DNA of 64,000 bases, taken from the NCBI RefSeq assembly GCF_021028975.2, contig NC_059426.1, positions 139,934,001 to 139,998,000 on the forward strand, read 5' to 3'. Shown piece by piece: positions 11,739-24,820 of this stretch. Under the pieces are notes generated by a model that had not been told where the DNA came from, did not search any database, and was given only the letters and a program-made list of their open reading frames with translations. Within the stretch, counting starts at the first letter, position 1, and each line of letters begins with the position of its first letter. The DNA is from Sphaerodactylus townsendi (taxonomy: Eukaryota). The translations under genes and the position numbers were made by a program.

Positions 11739-14700
11739 CAAGTAGCTCTGTTGACCAAACCATAATCACATAAATGAAATAGAGAACTGATAAGGAAAAT
11801 GCTTTGTAAAACCCAGAAATTTTTGTAGTAACATGTTTTAAATCATCTTTGGGTTATATATTTTGCTTTAATATTGATTCCCTTTCCTGTTATTGATAGT
11901 GGGACTGTTTGGAGATCTATCAGTAATATTTCCTTGAGTTATAGCTGCCCATTGAACAGTTGTTTTGTCCACTTGCTGATCCACTTCTAGGCAATCACCA
12001 CATCACTGATTTAAAGTGAGCTCAAGGAAGTCTTGGTTAGTATCACCACAAACAGTCTTAAGATGCCATGGGACTTCCTTTTTCCTGTCCAAATGTCGTT
12101 ATTCTTTCACTCTTCTGTGTTTTAGAACCTCTACAACCAGTTCAACTTTAGTACCTTTAGGGGTCACTATACCCTAAGAAAGGTTAAAAAGGTTAACTGC
12201 TTCAAAGGCCAATTACAGCATTAAATTTGATTATACATTACCTGCTAGGTTCCATTAATGTTTTACTTCCTTGGTTCGCATAATCTTTTCACACAATGAG
12301 CCACAAAATCAGTTGGCTAATGTGAACTGTGTGCTTTCATACAATTCCCAAACTTTTTGACTTGCCATAGAGTGGGTATTGTGTGCTCGTTGATAAGATA
12401 ATACAGATCTGAAATTAATGCTGACAAGAACAAATGTGTTTCATAGTACAAAAGGCAGGGACAGTGTAGGCTAATGCATTTATTGTGCTCTTAGTGCTTT
12501 GTTTTGCAAATTCCTTAATCAGTCCTATCCATTGGAATATTGGAAAATATACATCAGAACTGTGAATTCAGTACACTTAAGCCTCCCCTCCCCCTTAAGT
12601 CCAGTATAATTTTGCTGTTACTCAAAAATATTGAGCTGATTCTGGGAATACTGAAAGGCCGATTGACTTTGTTTTCAAAATAGTGTCCTTTTATACCTTC
12701 TGAATCAGTTACAAGCCAAGCCTAAAATAAGAGAAAGAGCCATTCTAGTATGGTGGCATCTGTAAACAAAAATAAACTTCATCAGAATCTAGCCAAGATG
12801 GCTGGCCTCTCCTAAGATTCTGGCATATGCTCATCTTGACTGGATTTTTTCTTACAATAAAGCAAGTTAATTTATTTGTAAAGTCTATTTTATGCATTTC
12901 TGGGTTTTTCTAATCTCTCATCAGAATCTCTATTAGTGTCCAATTCAGGTTTTAGGTATACTCAAACTTCTGCATTATTCTACCTTCATTCATTTCATTC
13001 AGGTTATTTTGATTAAAAATGTTGCTTGCTTTTCAAATGTAAAGTTCTATATTTGTGTAGTTTCTAGCTGTTGACTGTATTGTGTCTCTACTAGAAGTTT
13101 TTGGAGGGAGGGTTTGCTCCGTGGGATAGACTGTCTTAGTGATGAGTCATTCTCGTTTCTTCACTATACTATTGTGGCAGGGTTCATTAAAATCAAATTC
13201 TTTAAAATGAGATTTTTGAATTCTTATTTTTAACGTTTTAAAAGCTGTATAATTGTTCTTTAAAATGCCCTCGTATGAAATGATACCATAATGTAATACA
13301 AAAACATAATACATTCTGCAATTATGACCTCTTGAAACTGAATCTATATCATTCTGTCAGATGCACAAATGTTTAAATAACTTAAGTGAAGGACTGTTTT
13401 TCTGGGTATAAAACTGGAATGGCAAAAATTGACTTTTTACAAATAAAGCATTATAAATATGATACAATAGGTCATGCATTATTTATTTATGGTGCAAATT
13501 AAGAGACTCTTGATGAAATTCTAAACAGAGTTAACACCCTTCTAAGTCCAGTGGCTTCAGTGGTCTTAGGAAGAGGTGGCTCTGCTTAGGATGGTACTGT
13601 CTGCCATCGACAAACATTAAAATTCAGTGTCTAGGAGAAACTTTGTTCTGCTGGTGCATCCAGTCCCTTGCTTCTGCAGTATTTGCAGTTAATTTTGCAT
13701 GTACATGATCTTGCTTTGGCTTAGTAAAAAATGATTGCAGGAGATCCATGACTAGATCTCTCTTTCTGTCTTAATGGTAAAGCAGACACAGGGACCCAGT
13801 GTGAACGGGGGTCACAGAATGGCTCGCTTCCATGTATTTGACATTTGTCATGCAGAGGAGAACTTAAAATATCATATGTGTTCCTGTCATATGTGTTCCT
13901 TCTCACATTGGGCAAAGAGCAGTTCCAGGGTGGTGGTAGTGTTATAGAGATAAAGAAAATGGCACTGCAGAAATAGTTAATGCCTCTACTCATATATTGT
14001 GGTCCTGGCCCAGATCACCCTTTGCACACTTTTTAGTGTTTGAAAAGGCCATGGCAGATCCGGGTTATGCTTCTTCTGTTTCATGTACAGATTTTCTCTT
14101 AGTAACTCACATGTGTACAGAGATAACCAAAGAGAAATTCTTGATTTCACAACTAGTCCCGGAAGCACATCAAAATGCTGTCATGCAGTAAGTGATGTGG
14201 GCTGTAAAAGCAGACGCTCCAAACCTATGCTAGGTAGTATGAAAGCTCTATTTAATTGCAAACATATTCTAATTGCTAAATGCATTCTCTTCTTTTAGTA
14301 AATATATTATTTTGAAGGATGAAAATGTTATTTATCCAAGGTTTTGAATCGTCAATCCAACAGAGTACAGTACAGAGTACAGAGTACAGTATGCCGCACA
14401 ATTCCTATTTCTTTTATCTTTTATCTTTTCTTTTATCTTTACAATGAGTTGAATCTGACAGTTCCTATGTGCAAGCCGAAACTCTTTACTGTGCAGTCCA
14501 AAGAAAGGGGAGGGGGGTCTCATTGAAAGTAGTGGAAGGGTTGAGCTGGATTCTATGCCACCAGCGCTATGCAAAATGGGATGGATGCAGCACAGAGAGT
14601 CTTACCCTGGTGGCAGGGCACTGCAACACAAGAACCAGGCCATCACTCCTGCATTGCAGGAGATTGTGTCAGCATTCTGAGGGGAGAGCCAACTTTAGCC

Positions 14701-15104
14701 ATCTTACAAAGGACTTTCAGCCTAGCAACGCTCCCTATGCTGGCAGCCAACTTACACCACCAAAAAGTGTGGTGTAAGTCAGTTTTCCCCATGGGATTTT
14801 TCAGGTGGTCAGGTTTTTTTGTTTTTTTTCCTTTCCCATACTTCCTAAAACTTTGGAGGCAGCATGGATGGGCTGCTGCAGCAACATCACCAATAGCCAC
14901 TCTACCACCACCCTCCTTTGAATTGGGCTGTTTGTCCCACAGAAGGAACTTTCCCCTGACATGAGCAGTTTTTCTGCCATTAGAAGAATTCCTTGCATTA
15001 GAAAAAGGCCCCCTGATCTAGAAAAAAGTGTTAGCACAGCCTCTCTGCAGGGTCCAACTCTCTTGTTAGGTTGTCTGATTTTAAAATGTCTTTATCAAGA
15101 CTCT

Positions 15105-15566
15105 GGCTGTTTCCGCACGGCCACGATGGAGGTTGGGTCGGTGTACACGAACGGTCCCAGAAACCACCGGGAAGACAGCGCCGCTGAGCGCCGTCGCCCA
15201 GTCGACCTACTGTCTCTGCAGCCATCCGGCACATCGCCGAGGCCTGGGGACATGCCCCCCTGCCCTGCACAACTGCTCCGGCGTTGCATGGCAGGGGGGC
15301 ATGTCCCCAGGCCTCGGCGATGCGCCGGATGGCCGCAGAGACGGTAGGTCGTCCGGTCAGAGGGGGGAGGGATGGTGCCTTCGAAGCCACCGTTTTCCAT
15401 AAACCTCGCTGGGGAAGCGAGGTCAGAAAACGGCAGCTTTGCGCCGCTCGGGAGGCGCAAGGGCAGTACGGTGGCGCAGCAGCTACGCCCCCTGTGCGAA
15501 CAGCTCCCTGGGGACGGCGTTTTTGCCGTCCCCAGGGTGCTGTTTATGGCCCATGTGGAAAGGGCC
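15105..15566. mobile_element. PIF/Harbinger-type non-autonomous element, CpG-rich, with an internal hairpin (15203-15351)
   Basis: Termini ggctgtttccgcacgg ... ccatgtggaaagggcc followed by tta. About 60-bp internal inverted repeat. Confidence 0.75.
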
Positions 15567-15754
15567 TTAGAGTGAGTTTCATAGGTCTGTCTGTGGTTCA
15601 CACTTTCCACAAGAAAAGCAGAACTGAAATATTCCCACTATTATCAATTGAATGGCCAATTTGTCATGCTTGGATAAATCTTCTTTCTTAACTTTTAATT
15701 TAGCACTTTCCTTTCTGCTTATAGGATCAGGTTCAGTTATATTGCCTGCACATA

Positions 15755-15992
15755 CCCTGTTTCCCCAAAAATAAGACATCCCCTGAAAATAAGACGTAGT
15801 AGTGGTTTTGCTGAAGTGCTAAATATAAAGCATCCCCCGAAAGTAAGACGTAGCAAAGTTTTTGTTTGGAAGAATGCCCGTCGAACAGGACACCAGAGCA
15901 TGCAGCTGTGGAGCAGAAAAATAAGACATCCCCTGAAAATAAGACATAGCGCATATTTGGGAGCAAAAATTAATATTTTCGGGGAAACACGG
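15755..15992. mobile_element. Tc1/mariner-superfamily MITE
   Basis: TA|ccctgtttccccaaaaata ... tattttcggggaaacacgg|TA, with internal repeats of aaataagacatcccctgaaaataagac. Same family at 50372-50603. Confidence 0.85.
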
Positions 15993-17992
15993 TACTACAA
16001 ACATTCAGCTTTGATCACTGTAGCATTTAGACTTTTAAACTGCTATAAGCAACAGTGGCTTGTGGTAGAAATGGCTTGTGGTAGTATACTGATCTTCATT
16101 CAATGAATAGACAATTAAGAGTCTACTGTGTACATCTGTGGGGGATATAAATAGGACTTTTCCCAGTTAGGGTCCAGCACATTCTCACCATTATAGGGTT
16201 TCAAAGTGAGTGGTGTGACCATTTGCTAATACCTCAAAGGTTTGTATACCTCACCATGTTATCAGACAGGTCTTCTTGAACTAAAATTTTAAGTCTTAAA
16301 TAAAGAAAAAATATTTTTAAACAATGCAAATCAGTGTATTTGTTACCAAGTAAAGAACTTGCGGCTCTAATAGTCAATTTCCTTGCTCAAATAAAAAGGC
16401 CAGATTTCCCAAGTAATCTACATCCAACCAGTATTTCATAGGCTTACTGCTGAATGAATCTTGATTGGCCTGGTACCTCCCTGTTGATCCTGGTAAAAGA
16501 CTGCCTCAGGCTTCTTCGTGGTCTTCCCTCTGATGCTGCTGAGGCACTCTTTCTATCTAGTCAGACAAGATCTTCTAGCCTGTTCCTAGACTGTATATGT
16601 TCCTGTTCCTTCTCTTTTAGCCTCTTTCTCATCCAGCTTTTGGAAGATCTTGACTGATAGTTTTTTTGCTACTTTTTCCTTCTGCCTTCCAACCACCTTC
16701 CAATTATTTCTCTGCTGCCTCTCCTCCCTCTGCCTCTCTCAACTGCTATTTAAGTACCCTCTCAGGAAGGCTCCATCCACACAACTGTTGACCAGGCATT
16801 TTAAAATCATTTTACAGTGAGGCATTCTGCTTGTGGTCAAGACCACAGCCCCTTTCACTTGAACATTTATCTTTCAGACTTTCAGCAGCTTAGCTCAAAG
16901 AACTCAGTACTCTTTCTCCTCAGCTTTATAATGTGAGTAGTTGGGTTGCCAAGGCAAATAGTGGTCTGTCTTGGAGTATTGAACTACTCTACCCCCTTAG
17001 CAGTAACCTCATAGTTTCTTACCTACTTGGATCACATCTCCTGGAACTGCATAAAATCTGGAGCTTAACATCATTGTTGGTCTGTCTGGGGACACTAATT
17101 GTGAATAAGCTTTGGCTTCGACCCTACGTTCTGTCATGGTGGTATACACCCATTTTATTTGAATATAAGTAGGAAAACTGTTCCACTTATGTAACATCAG
17201 TGTGGAAATATATGGTTCCATTTATGGCTAAGTGAAGATAAGATATTTCTTGTATTTACATTCAAGCTCAAAGAAGCATCAAAAGGACTGCAGAGAAGGG
17301 TACACATTATGGAAGAATATGCCACATTCTAATATAAGATATGTTTGAATGATAATCAATTTCCAACCGGGGGATGGTTTTTTAAGGAGATTTTTTGATG
17401 GTTTTAAATTATTGTATTTTTATGGTGTTTTTTTTATTATTGTGACCAGCTGAGGGACTTTGGGGAGGGCCAGGAAACAAATATACAGAAAATAAATAAA
17501 CAAACTTCACCACTCTAAACCACTTTGGGTTCCCGCTGCAACATGAAGTAAAATAAAATAAAAATAAAATAAATAAAAAGGGTCAGGAAAGTTTTGAAAA
17601 AATAAGAATATATGATTTTGTATATTTCAGGGTCTGACTATATTTGTTGCCATCTAAGGGCAACCAACTAACATGGCTGCACCTTGGCAATTATAGTTAT
17701 TATTTTTGAATTAAATTGTTTTTGTCATTAAGTATTTAGTTTTTTCCAGTATTTCCTCAGGCAGCATAAAGTATCCTCCCATTCCTGTTTTATCCTTATC
17801 CTATTGGGTTTAGAGCGTGATTGGTCCAAGGTTATCCAGTTACTTTTCAGCATCGTGTGGAGATATAAACAGGACTTTTCCCAGTTAGGGTCCAGCAGTA
17901 TATACACACACTGATTTTGTTCCACATTCTTTCCTTCATAGTTTTCCCTTCTCCGACCCATACCTCCCCAAATGCCTCTGAATGCCTTAAGT

Positions 17993-18433
17993 CAGAGTTT
18001 CCCTTGTGGTGGGTCATGACCCACCACCAGGTCACAAAAGCAGAATGCTGGGTCACCTAATGGCTGTGGCCAACCACCCCCCTTGCTCGGAGGGCACCAC
18101 CCACTTGGAGCCAGACCAGCTGGGATGATACAGCAGCTTTGGGGCTCCTCCCCAGCCAGCTGACTACCCACAAAGGGGCCAGGGACAGAGCCGCAGCTCA
18201 CAGCAGTCACTGGTACCATGAGGGAGGTGGGGGCAGAAGCAGCACCCCAGGGAGCCTCCCTGACACTGCCGTGTGCAGATGAGGCCTGATCATCCCTGCC
18301 GAGCCAGCCTAGGTGAGGTGACATTCAAATTTGTTTTATTTTACTAATAAATAGGCCACAAACATTTTAGTGGCTCATGGAGGAGAGTTTTTAAAATAAC
18401 CAGGCCATGGGGGGAAAAGTTTGGAAAACGCTG
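17993..18433. mobile_element. hAT (Charlie-like) non-autonomous element
   Basis: Ends cagagtttccc ... tggaaaacgctg, with a near-perfect 8-bp TSD ccttaagt/ccttaggt. Confidence 0.7.
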
Positions 18434-21400
18434 CCTTAGGTTACTTTGAGAAATATGAAGATGAGTAACTTCTTTCTGATATGGAACAATACAATACACT
18501 CAAATAGATTTTAAAACTTTTTTTAAAAAAACAAATAAACATAGACATGCAGCACATTAAAAAGGAAGAGCTGTTGTTATTACCAGTTCTGGTTATGTCA
18601 AAGGCTTGTACAAGATGCTATTCTTTAATGCTGTATCCACCAGTATTTTCAGTTTGAGCTCTATGCCTGTTGGCTGCTGTTATTATACCTGTTTAGACCT
18701 ATCACATATTGTATGCTTCCAAATAAGGTTTAAGAAAATTATTGTGTGGAATACAAAACATTTAGCTTTTGCTTCTAAACCTTCACTGGGTATTTTATGA
18801 TCTAGAAGCATAATCAGTCCAGCTTTAGTCCAGGTACAACGAGCAAAGACATAACACATTTTTCATTAAAAACCAGTTCATGTCCCCTGGGGGAGATGCC
18901 TTAGAGATGAAATGAGGATCAGAGATTTCTCCTGCATTTTAAATAGACTATTTTCACCAGAATCTTTTTTTGGTTCATTATTGCCTAAAGTGGCCTTAAC
19001 TTTATTATGATGCATGCTTAAAATTAAGGATACACCGTAACTCTCAGTTTTTGTGTGCTTCCCTCATTTTACCTACATGTGATAAAAATGTACCATATCA
19101 AAATGTTAATATATGAATAAATTTGTGTAACAGAGAAGATTTCTGTTTAATTAAAGGGTGTCCAGAGACATGACCTTGCTCCAGATTTAAAAAAAAGAAG
19201 AAATTTAGCTAATTAAGATTTGGATAAATGATGAGAACATATATAATACCAGTGTGGCCTGCCTACTGCCACAGTAAAAAAACAAAACTAAAATATAATA
19301 GGTATTTCTCTCCTCCTTCAATGCTTCTTTAGACAACTAAAATACTAGGTTGTCTGAATTAAAGCCTACCAGCCACTGTGTTCTCAAATTATGTAATAAA
19401 TCCATATAGATTGTAATGATAGCTTGAATCGTCTGTTTAGACTAACCTGAATTACAACTAGAGATAAACAGAATATTTACTCATCCCTTATGAGCTGCTG
19501 CTGATATGTAAATTTATTCTTCGACTTTGCACAAATATACTTTTGAGCTACTGCTTAAACACTTCAAGGTCCTTAGCCAAACAGTTTTAATGATGCCTCC
19601 AATAATATGAAAGTGTGACATTTGGTTGAATACCTTGTGCAGTTGTGATACTACAGGAAAGTGTAAACAACCCCCACCCCACATAGACACACATCAAATC
19701 ATTGTGCAACACCTAGATAATTTATAATTTTACTGTTTATATCCATCTTGACATTTTTTTTATCTGCTAAAGGCAGGTTTCATTTGGATTCTTAATCTGA
19801 GATTTATTTGGTGGATCTGGAAGTCATAGCTGGAGTTCCCACAGGAAATGGTCCATCTACCAACGGATTAAATGGCAGTCCTGCAGTTATTAAGGGAGCT
19901 CTCCGTTTAACACACATGCATACTCATTCAGTCAGCACTATGGAGAAAAATTAAAGTAGTAACCCAGGTTTAGGAACAATGTAGCTAAAAAGTCCCATAT
20001 TTGCTAAATGACAAAGAGTTATATAGCAGCATTTTCATTTTATTANNNNNNNNNNNNNNNNNNNNNNNNNNNNNNNNNNNNNNNNNNNNNNNNNNNNNNN
20101 NNNNNNNNNNNNNNNNNNNNNNNNNNNNNNNNNNNNNNNNNNNNNNNNNNNNNNNNNNNNNNNNNNNNNNNNNNNNNNNNNNNNNNNNNNNNNNNNNNNN
20201 NNNNNNNNNNNNNNNNNNNNNNNNNNNNNNNNNNNNNNNNNNNNNNNNNNNNNNNNNNNNNNNNNNNNNNNNNNNNNNNNNNNNNNNNNNNNNNNNNNNN
20301 NNNNNNNNNNNNNNNNNNNNNNNNNNNNNNNNNNNNNNNNNNNNNTTCATTGAAATCCCCTCTTGCTATCTGTCTGGCAATTCTGTGGGTTTGTGTGTGT
20401 GTGTGTGTATTTGTGTGTGTAACCTCAGAAATGTCTTTAGAGCACAGGCAAAAATATACATCCAAGTCAAACTGATTTATATTTCAAAATCTAAGGCTTG
20501 AAAATAATAGCACGTGCAGAATTTTAAACTAATACCTAAGGAATTCAGTGATATTTACACAGTGGGTGCTTAATGATCACAGCTGACATTGAGTACCAAA
20601 TTATGATTAACTATCTATGAGAAGTGGTTATCTAATGCTGTATCTGCCAAAATGAAAGAAAACAAACAATTTTTCTGGAAAGGGGGAAAAATATTAAACT
20701 ACTGAATTCTTTAGGGGATTTTTCTGTAGTGCCTTTCTACAGTTTTCCCAGAGGCTCTTCATTTGCATTATTGTGCATAGGTAGCAAAATATACGCATGA
20801 ATGATATTAGCAACAAGGAAAGTTCCCTGCCCTCAAGAGTATACAAATCAAAATTTTAACAGGGAAGAGAAGCAAGTAGATGAAGTTACAAATAATTGGC
20901 CTTGCTGGTGATGAAGGTTCAGATTAAATATTATAAAAGGCAGAAGTATCGGTACCTAAAATAGGGCACTATGGTTAATCTAGTTTGGAGATCAGATTTC
21001 TTAAAAGACTATATTCAAAACACTTATCTTGGATTAACCATTAGAAAACATCCTCTTGTCAAATCACGTGCCACAGGTGGGTGGAAAACACTGAGTGTGC
21101 ACCTGGGCACACTCCTGCCCAGCCATGCTTCTGAATAGGATTGCATAGAGGGGCATTTAAAAGTATCAGTTCTGTTATGTATTCTTCTGTGATATCAGTG
21201 GACAGTAGATTTGTGTGTACCTTTCATTGTGAATTATGAAAATTGGGTATTTTTTAATTATTGTAATTAATATGAATGGAAAAAATCCTGATTTTAATGC
21301 CATATAACAAAAAATGTTTTTAGGGGGGGGGGGGTGGTATCATTTTTTCATCATTGCAATCTTGCCTCCCTCTGACTCCACGTTGCACTTTCATGAGTAC

Positions 21401-22984
21401 CTTTTATTACCTCCAGAAGAAGTATGCCTTTATTCTCTCTGTCTGATATTTGAAAATGTGAATGTCCCACAGTGTGCTACAATTCCCAAGAGATTTGTCC
21501 AGTTTAGATGGAAAACCATGAAGGTACTTACCTACAAGGCAGGGAGGGGGAGCTTCCATTGAAATTAGTGTGAAATAGTAATTTAATAAAACTGTGAAAA
21601 TGAAACAATAACAAAACTATATAAAACAATCCAGTAACCAAAAAGTCATTTTAACATGAATAGTAAAAATGAAAAGAAATGAAAAATAAAAACCCCATGC
21701 ACAAGTCTAGTGGATAAATACAGAGATCCCAAATCGTAATTCATTTGAATTACTGGACTCAGAGTATAGGAAAACACATGATGGACGTTTCAGAAAAACA
21801 GATCATCTACTTCCATAACTGAGTTACAATTCCATGAGATGCCTATATAACATGTTTGTTTGGAAATTTGAATTGATTCAAGTAGTTCTTTGCATGGTTT
21901 GTCAAAAGTGGTCTGAAATTACAGATTTCTCCAGAACTGTTCCAACTTTCGAGAGGAGCAATTCTGCGAAATGGTATCTAACACTGAATTATACCTACAT
22001 AAAACATCTCCTTGTGGTCTGCAAAGCTTACTAAAAAAAACTGGTGAATTTACACAGGGCCATATTTTATGTACTCACAGTGTGGGCCAATCAATTAATT
22101 TTGTATGATTGGAATATCAGAATCTCTAAGAATCATGTTCAAATTCTTTAATGAAGAATAGGAACCCTCTTGGTCCATTTTACATTATTTTCTTTTACCT
22201 TCTAGTAGACACAATACTTACATTGATAGTCTTCTTCTACAGATTTCTTCCAGTTTTTAGTAAATGCCACACACCTAAGTGTTTGGTCTTCAAGAGGTAC
22301 AGAGAATATTACTTTCCTCCTTTATCTGAGTGTCAAACCATTCAGGGTGATACATGGACAAAACATGGTCTGGTGCATGGACAATTCATTAGTGAAGGAA
22401 GGAGGGAGGAATAGTCTATATTTTATCATAGGTTGTATGGTTTTGTAGAGTTTGGCTTAATAAGGATGAATCCAGGCAAACATGGACTATTCATGACAAA
22501 TGACTATTTGAGATTCAACCGAATATATGACTCACTTCCAGTTACATTCTGTTTATTATAAGGTTAGAGCAATGTAGCTTGAGGGGAAATTTTCTGTCAT
22601 AATACTAGCAGAGCATTAGTAGCAACTGGGGGGGGGGGGTTGTCATTGTTATTCCTCCCTGAGGAAAAGGAGAGCACAGCAATTTCAAGTAGATTTTTGA
22701 GGAATTAACTTCATCTGAGTATTCTTGGATTACCATTTCACTGTCTACTTTACATGCAGAGAACTGCCCTGACATTATTTAATGTGTATTTTAAAGGCTG
22801 TTCTTAAACGAACACTTGTGAAAGATAGTCTCCTTGTGTATCTGTTTAGGGGAAAACGTTGAGTTGCGTGTATATAATATAAAAACTGTACATCATTTAT
22901 AAAAACTGTATATCAAAGATAAACATACAGCCTCATAACTTGCTTAGGGACAATTTAAATTGTTCAGGTAACGTTTAGAAATCT

Positions 22985-23070
22985 GCAAGATTTGAGTTAA
23001 GGAGCACCTGAAAGGCCAAGCAGATTTCCAGAGTATAAGCTTTTACATCAAAGCTCCCCTTGTCATATAT
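22985..23070 (-). mobile_element. Penelope-like element terminal fragment with a decayed hammerhead core
   Basis: The reverse strand reads atgacaaggggagctttgatgtaaaagcttatactctggaaatc...ggtgctcc..aactcaaatcttg. This resembles the squamate Penelope pseudo-LTR (ctgacga...gaaagctta) as I recall it. Confidence 0.5.
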
Positions 23071-23205
23071 AAATCTGCAGTAAGTGAAATAAGCCAGCTG
23101 TGTTATTCCAAAACAATATATCTGAACTGTTCTTCCAAAACTCTAGTTATCACCTGTGGGGCATCATTCCTAATGATGCAGGGATTATGGGTAGAGAGGG
23201 GCAGT

Positions 23206-23404
23206 AGGTATCCCACTCCCCCAGTGGGACCTGAAATTTCCCAGAATTAAAGCTCCTCTCCAGACTACAGAGATCAGTTCCCCTAGAGAAAATGACTGTT
23301 TTGGAGGGTGGACTCCATGGCATTATACCCCACTGAGGTCCTTGTCCTCCTCAGACTCCACCCGAACTTTCCAGGAGTTTCCCAAACTGGAGCTGGCAAC
23401 CCTA
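23206..23404. mobile_element. Degenerate hAT-type MITE ending tggcaacccta
   Basis: Right terminus gagctggcaacccta and body ctccagactacagagatcagttcccctagagaaaatg, typical of an abundant lizard MITE. Confidence 0.6.
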
Positions 23405-24054
23405 CCCCATTCCATGACCCCTGCTGTCCAGGGGTGAACTTGCAACCCGAAGGGAGAGTCAAAATATGTGCTGTATTCATCCTGAAAGGCCACTTTGCCC
23501 AGCTTACATGTTATAATGTGATTTGTGGTAGGATAATGTTATGAACAAATCCTGGTGGATAAAAAAAAATTGTCCAACAAATTACTATCTTGCTACTCAT
23601 GTATATTTTCAGACTGTCAAGAAAAGGTATCCCCTAAGAGCCAAATCGATTCAGTGGGACTTTTGTAGAAGAAGGTCCTGGTGAATAAAACCTTAAGGTA
23701 GTTAGATATCTGTCTGTGTTTCCTGATCAATTATAGGGTCTCATGAGATCACTTATCTTAATATGCATAATTCCACATTGTATGTATTTAGGTATGAGAA
23801 TGAGATTGAGATAATATGTAATTAACTCTTCATTCCATTGTGGAAAGAAATCAGTTTAATAGCCATTCTTTCTCCCCACAGAATGCAGGAAATTTTACTT
23901 CTCTATGACTGACGTTTGGGCTAGTGCAATTTTTACGGCACAACTTCAGTCCCTAAGATTCTGCAGGAGAAACCATGGCAGTTAGGCCGGCATTAAAACC
24001 AGTATCTATTTGAAAGGTAGATAGCCTTGATTGCAGTGACAAAGCCACCAGGGT

Positions 24055-24517
24055 GAAGGAGTGCGCCACGCAACGGGCATACGAATTTAGGTCACGTGGG
24101 GGGTGCAAAATTCCCCCCAGTCCCTTCCCCTGCACCCCCGTGGCGCCCCCCACTTACTTTAGGAAACCAAGCAGGCTAGAGAACAGGCCTGGGAAATGTA
24201 GTTCCCACCAAAACAGGAAGGCCTGTTCTCCAGCCTGCTCAGTTTCCTAAAGTAAGTGGGGGGTGCTGCGGGGGGCAGTGGGTGTGATTTTCCCCCTTAT
24301 GGTGCCCCCCCGCAGCACCCCCACACACACTTACTTTAGGAAACTGAGCAGGCTAGAGAACAGGCCTTCCTGTTCTGGTGGGAACTACATTTCCCAGGAT
24401 ACAGGCCTCCAGCCTGCTCGGTTTCCTAAAGTAAGTGGGAGGGGGGGAAGCCGCGGGGTGTGTGTGTGAAAAAGCCAGAGTGTGCACCGGGCGCATTCTG
24501 GCCCAGCTACGCCTCTG
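24055..24517. mobile_element. hAT-like non-autonomous element carrying two mirror-image hairpins
   Basis: Right terminus cagctacgcctctg. Hairpins 24148-24261 and 24328-24437 are also inverted copies of each other. Left end not clearly seen. Confidence 0.6.
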
Positions 24518-24600
24518 CTTGATTGTACTTAACTTTATGATGTCTTAAGTTCATTTGTGTTCTTTAATGAAACAGTAAATTGTTTCTCTTTTCTAAATAG

Positions 24601-24820
24601 GATGCTTTGATCTGGGGCAGAATTCCAAGGAAACAGAAAGTGGATTATTACCCAGTTACCTGTATTTTCAGAGTCCTTCAATGAAATCTCAGCAAAGCAG
24701 AGAACTGGCTAACAGTGAACCAACAGAACTGTTAGGTCAGATGACAGCAAGCTTAAGTACCATGCAAACTACTGACCAAACTTTGCATCTAAAGAATATT
24801 ACTGTATCTTCATCGTCAAG
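24601..24820 (+). CDS. MIPOL1: MIPOL1 coding exon, 220 nt (GCFDLGQNSKETESGLLPSYLYFQSPSMKSQQSRELANSEPTELLGQMTASLSTMQTTDQTLHLKNITVSSSS)
   Basis: Polypyrimidine acceptor tttctcttttctaaatag and donor AAG|GTAAGC. The frame is open and phase-compatible on both sides (1 in, 2 out). SRELAN..TELLGQ weakly resembles mammalian STELVN..TEWPGQ. Confidence 0.8.

Noticed and set aside
14961-15691. GC-rich ORF cluster / possible CpG island
   Set aside because: Coincides with a Harbinger-type element and its hairpin.
23613-23697. Possible extra exon (ttttcag|ACTGTC ... AAG|gtagtt)
   Set aside because: Stops in all three frames to that donor and no MIPOL1 similarity; the flanking exons already join in phase.
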